Below, piece by piece: positions 57,545 to 64,000 of a stretch of DNA of 64,000 nucleotides; the first letter of the stretch is position 1, and every line of letters starts with the position of its first letter. The DNA is from a virus (Duplodnaviria > Caudoviricetes). The notes under the pieces are model-generated. The model ran no database searches and was not told the origin of the DNA. It saw only the letters and a list, made by a program, of their open reading frames with translations. The stretch lies in IMG/VR virus record IMGVR_UViG_3300021964_010723; one strand, 5' to 3'. The translations under genes and the position numbers were made by a program.

Positions 57545-57927
57545 TAAACTTCCAAATAGCTTACGACTGCTCCTAAATTTGTTAAATTTAATACAGGGTC
57601 GTTTGGTTGCGCTTGATATGTATCAACAGCTGGTTCAGCAAAAATTACAAGTCTATCACCTTCTGCTAATACAATTTTCTCCGTGTCAAATGTAAATGTT
57701 TCTTCTGGAGCCAGAGTTAAATTATTAATTACTCTGCTATTGTTAATTCCTGGTGTAGTTCCATCTGCTATAGGATCACCATTTGCGACCAAGTGCATGT
57801 TAAATGTTGCACTATCAGTAGAGCTATTGTTGCAAACCATTACTGTTGTAATTGCATAACTTTCACCAACTCCAGGTTCTAATAAAGTTAGGTCTGCATT
57901 TTGTAATCTAAAACCTTTTATTGCCAT
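57544..57927 (-). CDS. Small beta-sandwich virion protein (family member 3)
   Basis: AITTVMVCN...L.PEETFTFD.EKIVL..GD.L pattern. Confidence 0.55.
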   Translation of the reverse strand: MAIKGFRLQNADLTLLEPGVGESYAITTVMVCNNSSTDSATFNMHLVANGDPIADGTTPGINNSRVINNLTLAPEETFTFDTEKIVLAEGDRLVIFAEPAVDTYQAQPNDPVLNLTNLGAVVSYLEV

Positions 57928-57936
57928 ATTGTGTCC

Positions 57937-58992
57937 TTAAAAAAGCATACTATATAAAATTGATCTATTTTTACTTATAATTTCGTCGTTAACATTGCTT
58001 TTATTAATAAAATATAAACCAGTATTGCCTGTTCCTTTTGTTTTGCTATAAAGTTTGACCCCAGCTGCTGGAGCAAACGGGTCTGTTCTAACATCATCAG
58101 CATGGGGAGTTTCTGTTAGTTCTAATACATCATCAATTTTAACCGATGCTACTCCAGGAGCACTTAACTCTAAATCTACATCTATTGTGTTTGTTGTGAT
58201 AGTTGCTGCGGTAAATTTTAAACTATTAAAAATAGTTCTATCGTCATAGACTGTAAATCGCACATTTCCGTCAATTTTTGCTTCTGCTCTACTTTCTGAA
58301 CCATCTAAATCAAAATCGTATACTCTAAAATTTGTGTCAAAGTTTTCTATACCAGATTGAACTCCAATGGTGTTAAACGCATATCTAACATAATCAACAA
58401 CTGCCTGCGTATTTGGAATGCTATCAGCGTCTAAAATTCCATCATTACCGTTATCTAATATGTTTCCGTTAACGTAATTAAATATCTTCTCTTCATATGC
58501 AACACTATTTGTAACAGAAATAATTTCGTTACCTACGTCTATCCATAATGTACCTGGACTTTTAATACCAGCTACTTGAATAGGTCTAGTGATAGATAAA
58601 AAGCCGTTATCTTCTTCAAATGTAAAGGCTCCAAAACCTGTTTCACCGCCAGCATTCCAATTTATTGATTCATCAAACGCTATTCTAACTCTATTAGCGT
58701 TTTCACCTCGATCTATTTCAATTCCAGCTTTGCCATTATTAGCTATTATTCCAGCTATACCGCTGCCATCTTCATATTTGTTCAAAACAATAATATTATC
58801 AAGAATATCTGTATTTTGTGAATTTACTGTGGTTGTTTGACCTTTTACTAATAAGCTACCATTTACTACAACTTCGCCAATTAGATTGCCATTACTATCT
58901 ACTTCTCCTCGACTTGTATCAAGGATAATATTTTTACCAGATTCAACTTTAACAATATAATTCCCGTTTTCTACATTCAAAACTTTTGACAT
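57937..58992 (-). CDS. Putative virion structural protein
   Basis: V.G.L.V.GQTTTVNS....I.DNIIVLN..E.G.G.....AGIEIDRG fibre-like motif. Confidence 0.6.
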   Translation of the reverse strand: MSKVLNVENGNYIVKVESGKNIILDTSRGEVDSNGNLIGEVVVNGSLLVKGQTTTVNSQNTDILDNIIVLNKYEDGSGIAGIIANNGKAGIEIDRGENANRVRIAFDESINWNAGGETGFGAFTFEEDNGFLSITRPIQVAGIKSPGTLWIDVGNEIISVTNSVAYEEKIFNYVNGNILDNGNDGILDADSIPNTQAVVDYVRYAFNTIGVQSGIENFDTNFRVYDFDLDGSESRAEAKIDGNVRFTVYDDRTIFNSLKFTAATITTNTIDVDLELSAPGVASVKIDDVLELTETPHADDVRTDPFAPAAGVKLYSKTKGTGNTGLYFINKSNVNDEIISKNRSILYSMLF

Positions 58993-59007
58993 ATTTTATT
59001 CCAAAAT

Positions 59008-59030
59008 ATGTAGGCACAAAGTGCCTACAT
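59008..59030 (-). terminator. Stem-loop, probable intrinsic terminator
   Basis: atgtaggcac-aaa-gtgcctacat, a 10-bp perfect stem just downstream of the 59039 stop, followed by ATTTT on the minus strand. Confidence 0.6.
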
Positions 59031-59038
59031 TTTACCTA

Positions 59039-59488
59039 TTATTCGTCTTCAACGAAATCAGTAGCATTTAATCCAGCATCATTATCGCCTGCTTCTTCTA
59101 CTTCTACAGCACCGTCATCTAGAGCTGTTGAGAAGTTCCATGGAATTGATTTTCCGTCATAAGCATTTGTCCCTTGAGCTGTTGGAGCAATTACTGTCAT
59201 TTTACGTCCAGCAATTTTTTTACAATTGTATGTTTCTTCGTCGTCTGCTTTTACGGATATCGACATTTCAGTACCAGTTAGTGTTGCAGGTAATTTACCC
59301 CAAGTAAGAAATCTATCGTAAGTTGGTGTACCACCTGTTCCAAGTTCTGCTACTCTAAATTTTTTGCTGCCTAATTGCTTAACAATGTATCCTTGTACAA
59401 CACTGGCTGTGGCCCAAAAATCAACTTTGATTTCTTTACCTGCTGCAGTAGGTGTTCCAAAGAATTTTTTATTAATTGGTCTTCCCAT
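59039..59488 (-). CDS. Hypothetical (likely abundant virion) protein MGRPINKKFFG
   Basis: Strong AAGGAGA RBS, its own late promoter and a downstream hairpin. Confidence 0.7.
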   Translation of the reverse strand: MGRPINKKFFGTPTAAGKEIKVDFWATASVVQGYIVKQLGSKKFRVAELGTGGTPTYDRFLTWGKLPATLTGTEMSISVKADDEETYNCKKIAGRKMTVIAPTAQGTNAYDGKSIPWNFSTALDDGAVEVEEAGDNDAGLNATDFVEDE

Positions 59489-59496
59489 TTTTTTCT

Positions 59497-59580
59497 CCTT
59501 GTTAGAAGTCCGATCCGGGTTCTATCCGGTACGCTGTGGGTCAGCATAAGTCCACCCTTGTGGCACACTATCGCACAAAG
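59497..59580 (-). ncRNA. Candidate structured 5' leader RNA
   Basis: 54% GC (43/80 in 59501-59580); stems CTTTGTG/CACAAGG, TATGCTG/CAGCGTA and CCGG/CCGG between the promoter and the RBS. Confidence 0.45.
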
Positions 59581-59588
59581 TATTTATC
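59581..59588 (-). promoter_or_regulatory. Late promoter-like box GATAAATA
   Basis: tatttatc directly upstream of the structured leader. Confidence 0.55.
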
Positions 59589-59715
59589 AAGTTTTAGGCT
59601 TGTTTTGTTTTTGTGCTAACCATGCTTTTTTTGCCCAGTTTGGCAAATCTTTAAAGCGATAGTTAGTTAAGCCTATTTGTTCATTTTCGTCTTGATCTAC
59701 TAATTCTCTGTGCAT
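59587..59715 (-). CDS. Small hypothetical protein (42 aa), not in ORF track
   Basis: MHRELVDQDENEQIGLTNYRFKDLPNWAKKAWLAQKQNKPKT; GGAG RBS inside the end of iscU; fills the gap. Confidence 0.5.
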   Translation of the reverse strand: MHRELVDQDENEQIGLTNYRFKDLPNWAKKAWLAQKQNKPKT

Positions 59716-60086
59716 TGCTTACTCCTGTAATCTTTTATTGCTGCTTTTATAGCATCTTCTGCTAAAACTGAACAATGAATTTTTACTGGCGGTAATGCAA
59801 GTTCTTCTACTATTTCTGTATTTTTTATTTCAAATGCTTCGTTAATTGTCTTGCCCTTTACCCATTCTGTTGCTAAACTACTACTTGCAATAGCCGATCC
59901 ACAACCAAATGTTTTAAATTTTGCATCAACAATTTTTTCATCTTCTACACGAATTTGTAATTTCATAACGTCACCGCATTCCGGTGCACCAACTAATCCT
60001 GTACCAACATCTGCTGCTGATTTGTCTAAACTGCCTACGTTCTTAGGATTGTTATAGTGTTCTAATACTGCATCATTATATGCCAT
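59700..60086 (-). CDS. iscU: Fe-S cluster assembly scaffold IscU/NifU-N
   Basis: HY.NP.NVG, GAPECGDVMKLQI, FKTFGCGSAIASSS, LPPVKIHCSVLAEDAIKAAI; three Cys ligands, Asp, His and the LPPVK HscA-binding motif are intact. Confidence 0.97.
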   Translation of the reverse strand: MAYNDAVLEHYNNPKNVGSLDKSAADVGTGLVGAPECGDVMKLQIRVEDEKIVDAKFKTFGCGSAIASSSLATEWVKGKTINEAFEIKNTEIVEELALPPVKIHCSVLAEDAIKAAIKDYRSKQCTEN

Positions 60087-60100
60087 GGTTTTTTCTCCAT

Positions 60101-60134
60101 AAAAAAAGGTTCTATAAAAGTATTTATAGAACCT
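60101..60134 (-). terminator. Intrinsic terminator after major capsid gene with embedded TATAAATA promoter
   Basis: Minus strand AGGTTCTATAAA-TACT-TTTATAGAACCT-TTTTTT: a 12-bp perfect stem plus U-tract. Confidence 0.8.
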
Positions 60135-60158
60135 AATTTTATTTTCAGTAAAAAATTA

Positions 60159-61331
60159 TTAGCTGAAACTTACGTTTGAAGCTGTAATTTCTACTTTATT
60201 CAAGTAATCAGCAGCATTACCAAGAGATGAAGCTGTATTTGTTAATTCTACATATCCATATCTTGTCATAAAGCTAACTACTGGCTCGAATGTAGCTGGA
60301 TCAAGTACTGTTCCACTGCTCATCAATGGAATGTATGGACAGTAGAATGCAGCAGCATCGCTTTCACTTGAACCTTTGTAACCAATAAGTACATCAGTGT
60401 CATCACCTGCATATGTATCAACATATACTTTCATAGCATTATTTAATGTACCAACAAACTTTGTATTTGTAGGAGCTTCAAATGTACCTTCTGTTGTTCT
60501 AGCAAATGCACTGGTAGTTGCACTTTGTAGAATTGTCAAAGCAAACGGAGAAACAACTGCCCAGTTAGCAGCGCCTCTTCTTGTTCTTTGAGCAACAACG
60601 TTTGCAGCTCTGTTAATCAATACTGCTAATGCAGCATGCTCGTCGCCTACGAATGTAGCTGTACCAGACACTGCTGTTTGATCATATGCACCTGTAGAAC
60701 CACTTAAAGTTCGTAAACTTTGAAGGACTTCTTGATCAATCTCAGCGGTAATTTCTTGTGCTAAAGCTGCCATAATTTCAGCTTCAACATCAATTCCGTG
60801 CATTGCTTGAGCATCTTGAGCAGCTTCGAAGGTCCAGCGAGCGCTGAGCTTTCTTGTTTTAGCTTCAACAGTTTGCTTCAAGATTTGAATTGACATTCTT
60901 CGACCAGCTTGACCTTCTAAAGAAGCTGTTGCGTCTGGTCTACCATTTGGATCTGTTCCAGTACCGGAGTAGCTGTTAGCAATCTTAAATGGTGACAATG
61001 CTTCTTCACCTGCGGTTACATCTCCATTTGACATTGTATCTGAATATCGTACACGGAGTGTATGAATTTGACCTACTGGTCCTGTCATTGGTTGAACACC
61101 AACTATTTCGTTAGCAATAACGGTTGGCATTACCCTTCTAATAACTGGTAAAATTACTCTGTTTAGGGTAGCAATATTACCGGCTGCTGTACTTCCAGCG
61201 GTTGCACTTTCAAGTAAATGCTTTCTTGTATTTTCCAAAGTCGTTGCCATGACGCTTTTTTTCGTGCCTTGTAGGCCTTCTAGAAGTGCAGCTCTAGTAT
61301 CCTGCCAGCGACTCTCTAATAATTCTGACAT
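60159..61331 (-). CDS. Major capsid protein (T4 gp23-like)
   Basis: ILPVIRRVMP..IA.EIVGVQPMTGP.GQI..LR, K..VEAK.RKL.A.WT.E.AQD..A.HG.D.E, EIDQE, FYCPYIPL and F.P...FMTRYG. Confidence 0.97.
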   Translation of the reverse strand: MSELLESRWQDTRAALLEGLQGTKKSVMATTLENTRKHLLESATAGSTAAGNIATLNRVILPVIRRVMPTVIANEIVGVQPMTGPVGQIHTLRVRYSDTMSNGDVTAGEEALSPFKIANSYSGTGTDPNGRPDATASLEGQAGRRMSIQILKQTVEAKTRKLSARWTFEAAQDAQAMHGIDVEAEIMAALAQEITAEIDQEVLQSLRTLSGSTGAYDQTAVSGTATFVGDEHAALAVLINRAANVVAQRTRRGAANWAVVSPFALTILQSATTSAFARTTEGTFEAPTNTKFVGTLNNAMKVYVDTYAGDDTDVLIGYKGSSESDAAAFYCPYIPLMSSGTVLDPATFEPVVSFMTRYGYVELTNTASSLGNAADYLNKVEITASNVSFS

Positions 61332-61344
61332 CTCTTATTTCTCC

Positions 61345-62439
61345 TTAATTAAGTCCTGCAAGTCTACGAATGTCAATGACATTATCCCTTGCACCAGTTG
61401 TCATATCTTGTTTTTGTGTTTTATTGCCTGTTACTTCTTTGCCTTCTGTTATAATTGCCTTTTTTTGCTCTGGTTTTTTACCGTCAATTACGGTTGGTAA
61501 ATATCTTTCAAAAGAATTTTGTAGTCTATCTGTTTGTACACTTTCTAATAAATCAAGCATAAGCTCTTTTTGTGCTTTATTTAAAGGTTCTACTAATCCG
61601 GAAATAATTTTATTCCTATTAATAGATTCGTTTAGACTTTTTAATTCTTTTTGCTTTTTATGTGTAGCAATTTTAGCTTGCTCAAGAATTTTCTTGGCTT
61701 CTATTAATTGCTTGTTTTTAATATCAACAACTTTTAATAGTTTAGATGTTTCAGATTTTTCATTGAGATAGCTATTGCCATACTCAGCTGCAAATGCTTC
61801 AAACAATCGTCTACCAAAGTCATTTTTCCGTGCAGTGTGAATATCTTCTTTTAATTGATGAATTTCTTTATTAAGAACTTTATCAACTAATGTAGATACT
61901 TTGCTTGCACTTGTTTCTACAAATTTTGTTTTAATCTTCTTGAAATGTCCTTTAGCTTCTCTAACCAGTCTTACTTTAGTTTCAGCTAAATCTTTCTTAT
62001 CAATTTGGAACTCTTTAATTTCTGATGCTAGACTTTCGATAATAAAATCTTCTAACATTCTAAATTTGTCCGCCATTGTTTTTTGATCTTCGTGAAGTTC
62101 TCTAACTTCTTTTACTAGGCTTTGTGTTACAAAATGCTTCATTACAGAGGCGTTTTCTTTCATAGCTCTAGTATATTTGGTTTTTGCTTCAATAAGTTGC
62201 TTGCGATCTTCAACTAGTTCGGCCATTTCAGCTTCTAGTTTTTCGCTTACCATTCTATCTACAGCTTCTACCATTAAGCCTTTGTCATGCTCATATTTTT
62301 GAGCAAATTCCTCACGAAGTTCGGCAGTAACACTTAGACGATTTTCTTTCACCTTTGCGTTCCATGCTTCTTCAATTTCCTGGCGCACATCTTCTGAAAC
62401 TACGTTGTTCTCAAAAAGTGTTTTTAGTGCATCCAACAT
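61345..62439 (-). CDS. Prohead core scaffolding protein (T4 gp22-like)
   Basis: Coiled-coil E/K-rich sequence between gp21 and gp23; FEAFA.E and I..LAGL C-terminus. Confidence 0.8.
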   Translation of the reverse strand: MLDALKTLFENNVVSEDVRQEIEEAWNAKVKENRLSVTAELREEFAQKYEHDKGLMVEAVDRMVSEKLEAEMAELVEDRKQLIEAKTKYTRAMKENASVMKHFVTQSLVKEVRELHEDQKTMADKFRMLEDFIIESLASEIKEFQIDKKDLAETKVRLVREAKGHFKKIKTKFVETSASKVSTLVDKVLNKEIHQLKEDIHTARKNDFGRRLFEAFAAEYGNSYLNEKSETSKLLKVVDIKNKQLIEAKKILEQAKIATHKKQKELKSLNESINRNKIISGLVEPLNKAQKELMLDLLESVQTDRLQNSFERYLPTVIDGKKPEQKKAIITEGKEVTGNKTQKQDMTTGARDNVIDIRRLAGLN

Positions 62440-62452
62440 TATTATTCTCCTA

Positions 62453-63076
62453 TTATTGGAGTCGATTGATCATATTGATCAACGATTCTTTTAAGTACTT
62501 TTGTGCCTTTTTATCTTCTCTAGTTGCCTGTGCTAATTCATATGCCTTATATCCACCTCTTGTATTCATTAAATGTTCGTATATAGGAGTTGGATACGCA
62601 CCAGGTGCGCTAGGTTGTGCTACAACATCTACTGTAATAATTTCAAAATCACTTACATTTCCGCTTCCGTCTTCTGAAACATTTCCTGACCCTCTACTTG
62701 AAACTCCTAGCTTAACTCCGCTTTCCAGCATTGTTCTTACTAATTGTCCCATAGGCGTTGGAAGGATTTTCATTTTTCCGTAGCCATTTGGACCGTCCAT
62801 CCACATTTCAGTTATCATGTGGCTAACACGATCCAAATTGACTGTGAGGCCTTCTGGATGATCTACTTCACCGAGAACACTATATCCACCTTGTATCTGC
62901 TCGCTGAGAGTTTTGACAGCCCTGCCAATTTCGTTTACAGGATAAACACGCTGGTTAGCGTTGCGTACTCCACCTTGTATACAAATTCCCTTCATAAACA
63001 AGTCTTTTCCTTCGTTGGCATTCTCAACGATAACTCCTGCTTGGTCAAAGGTCAAATGCTCTCGTAGTAAATTCAT
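62453..63076 (-). CDS. Prohead core protease (T4 gp21-like, U9)
   Basis: GI.IQG...NAN.RVYP, LGE.DHP, SH.I, G..KILPTPMG, GVSSRGSG, TVD.VA.PSAP.AYP. Confidence 0.95.
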   Translation of the reverse strand: MNLLREHLTFDQAGVIVENANEGKDLFMKGICIQGGVRNANQRVYPVNEIGRAVKTLSEQIQGGYSVLGEVDHPEGLTVNLDRVSHMITEMWMDGPNGYGKMKILPTPMGQLVRTMLESGVKLGVSSRGSGNVSEDGSGNVSDFEIITVDVVAQPSAPGAYPTPIYEHLMNTRGGYKAYELAQATREDKKAQKYLKESLINMINRLQ

Positions 63077-63089
63077 CTATAAGTCCTTA

Positions 63090-64000
63090 TTATTTTGCTC
63101 TCTTTGGAGCACCGTTTAATGGGCTTCCAGCACCTTTGTCGGCTGACTCTGGCTTACCTTTTCTTTCAGCACCATGTCCTGCAGAATGTGGTTTCATTGC
63201 AGGTGCTTTCTTATTTCCTGGAACATTTACATTTCCTGTGCTCATATCTTTTGGATTTTGATCACTTACTGGGTTACCATGTAGATTACCTTTGTTAGCT
63301 TCTACACCGGCTTCGGTATCGGCTCTTAAGATGTTTTGAGTAGTTCCGCCCATATCATTTTTTCCGGCTACTGGTGACTTGGTGTTTGTGCCGTTGTCGC
63401 CCATTTTGCCATATTGATGATATTGCTCGCCGCCTACTTTATTAACATATTCTCGCATTAGTTCTGCTTGACTCAAATTTTTTCTTGACTCATAATTAAA
63501 ATTTTCTTCAGGCATTTCCTCTTCTTCGTCGCCCATATCCATGTCGCCTTCTTCGTCGCCCATATCCATGTCACCTTCTTCGTCGCCCATATCCATGTCG
63601 CCTTCTTCGTCGCCCATATCCATGTCGCCTTCTTCACCGGCTAGCATTTGCTCAAACTCTGCTTTAAGATCGGCTAATTCTGCTTCAAGATCTTTAATAT
63701 CATCTTGTGTTACAGGTTCGTCACCGTCCATGTCAGCATCCATATCCATGTCGCCTTCTTCGTCATCCATGTCCATTTCCATGTCATCGCCTGCGTCTCC
63801 GCCCATCATTCCCATGTCCATGTCTATTTCTGGTTCACCTTCAACTTCAAATTCGTCTAAATTAAAGTTTTCATCAACTTCTTCATCGTCTGATTCATCA
63901 ACTTCTTCATCGTCTGATTCATCAACTTCTTCATCATATGATTCGTCTAATTCGTCATCAGCTTCGTCAACTTCTTCGTCATCAGCTTCGTCAACTTCTT
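63090..64000 (-). CDS. Acidic prohead core / internal protein (gp67/68-like position); 5' end beyond window
   Basis: The frame stays open upstream of the ORF-track start (…EEVDESDDEEVDENFNLDEFEVEGEPEIDMDMG…) to the window edge; extremely D/E/M-rich; lies upstream of gp21. Confidence 0.7.
   Translation of the reverse strand, partial: EVDEADDEEVDEADDELDESYDEEVDESDDEEVDESDDEEVDENFNLDEFEVEGEPEIDMDMGMMGGDAGDDMEMDMDDEEGDMDMDADMDGDEPVTQDDIKDLEAELADLKAEFEQMLAGEEGDMDMGDEEGDMDMGDEEGDMDMGDEEGDMDMGDEEEEMPEENFNYESRKNLSQAELMREYVNKVGGEQYHQYGKMGDNGTNTKSPVAGKNDMGGTTQNILRADTEAGVEANKGNLHGNPVSDQNPKDMSTGNVNVPGNKKAPAMKPHSAGHGAERKGKPESADKGAGSPLNGAPKRAK
63521..63635. repeat. 27-bp tandem repeat x4 (DMDMGDEEG)
   Basis: cttcttcgtcgcccatatccatgtcgc units at 63521, 63548, 63575 and 63602. 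Confidence 0.95.
63872..64000. repeat. 24-bp degenerate tandem repeats (EEVDE(S/A)DD)
   Basis: tcaacttcttcatcgtctgattca and tcaacttcttcgtcatcagcttcg units. Confidence 0.8.

Noticed and set aside
59364-59662. Overlapping short ORFs across the structured leader (59364+, 59371-, 59375+)
   Set aside because: They overlap a real gene and the leader and lack an RBS; the GC-rich stems explain their openness.
63521-63635. 27-bp tandem repeats as a possible CRISPR array
   Set aside because: No spacers; the units are in-frame codon repeats of DMDMGDEEG.
1-64000. Stop-codon reassignment, introns/inteins, tRNAs, integrase
   Set aside because: Conserved genes (gp18, gp21, gp23, iscU) are full-length in the standard code with no obvious interruptions; no cloverleaf or recombinase motifs were recognised by eye.

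Overview
64-kb segment of a large, AT-rich T4-like (myovirus) dsDNA phage genome covering the virion morphogenesis region, mostly on the minus strand. From the window end backwards it contains: an acidic prohead core protein (truncated), prohead protease gp21, scaffold gp22, major capsid gp23, an inserted IscU Fe-S scaffold gene, and about 30 kb of fibre/baseplate-type genes (FG-GAP propeller, DUF285/BspA-like repeat protein, two giant paralogues). These are followed by three tandem Cys/Gly-rich paralogues with a tail-fibre chaperone, an 11-kb tailoring-enzyme island (three flavin-dependent halogenases, NodU-type carbamoyltransferase, GT9-like transferase, GmhB, FkbM methyltransferase, 2OG-Fe oxygenases), neck/tail genes gp15, gp14 and gp13, the gp18 sheath, two gp19 tubes plus a third tube-like gene, a subtilase-Calx-beta-cupredoxin protein and gp4 (truncated). 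Late-promoter-like (A/C)TAAATA boxes punctuate the region. No rRNA, tRNA, CRISPR array, integrase or reverse transcriptase was seen. The best candidates for new biology are the recombining Cys-rich polyglycine triplet coupled to the enzyme island, the protease-cupredoxin protein, phycobiliprotein-like C-x-(R/Q)-D repeats in the giant virion protein, and several compact regulatory DNA/RNA structures. All family assignments come from motif recognition by eye; no database searches were run.
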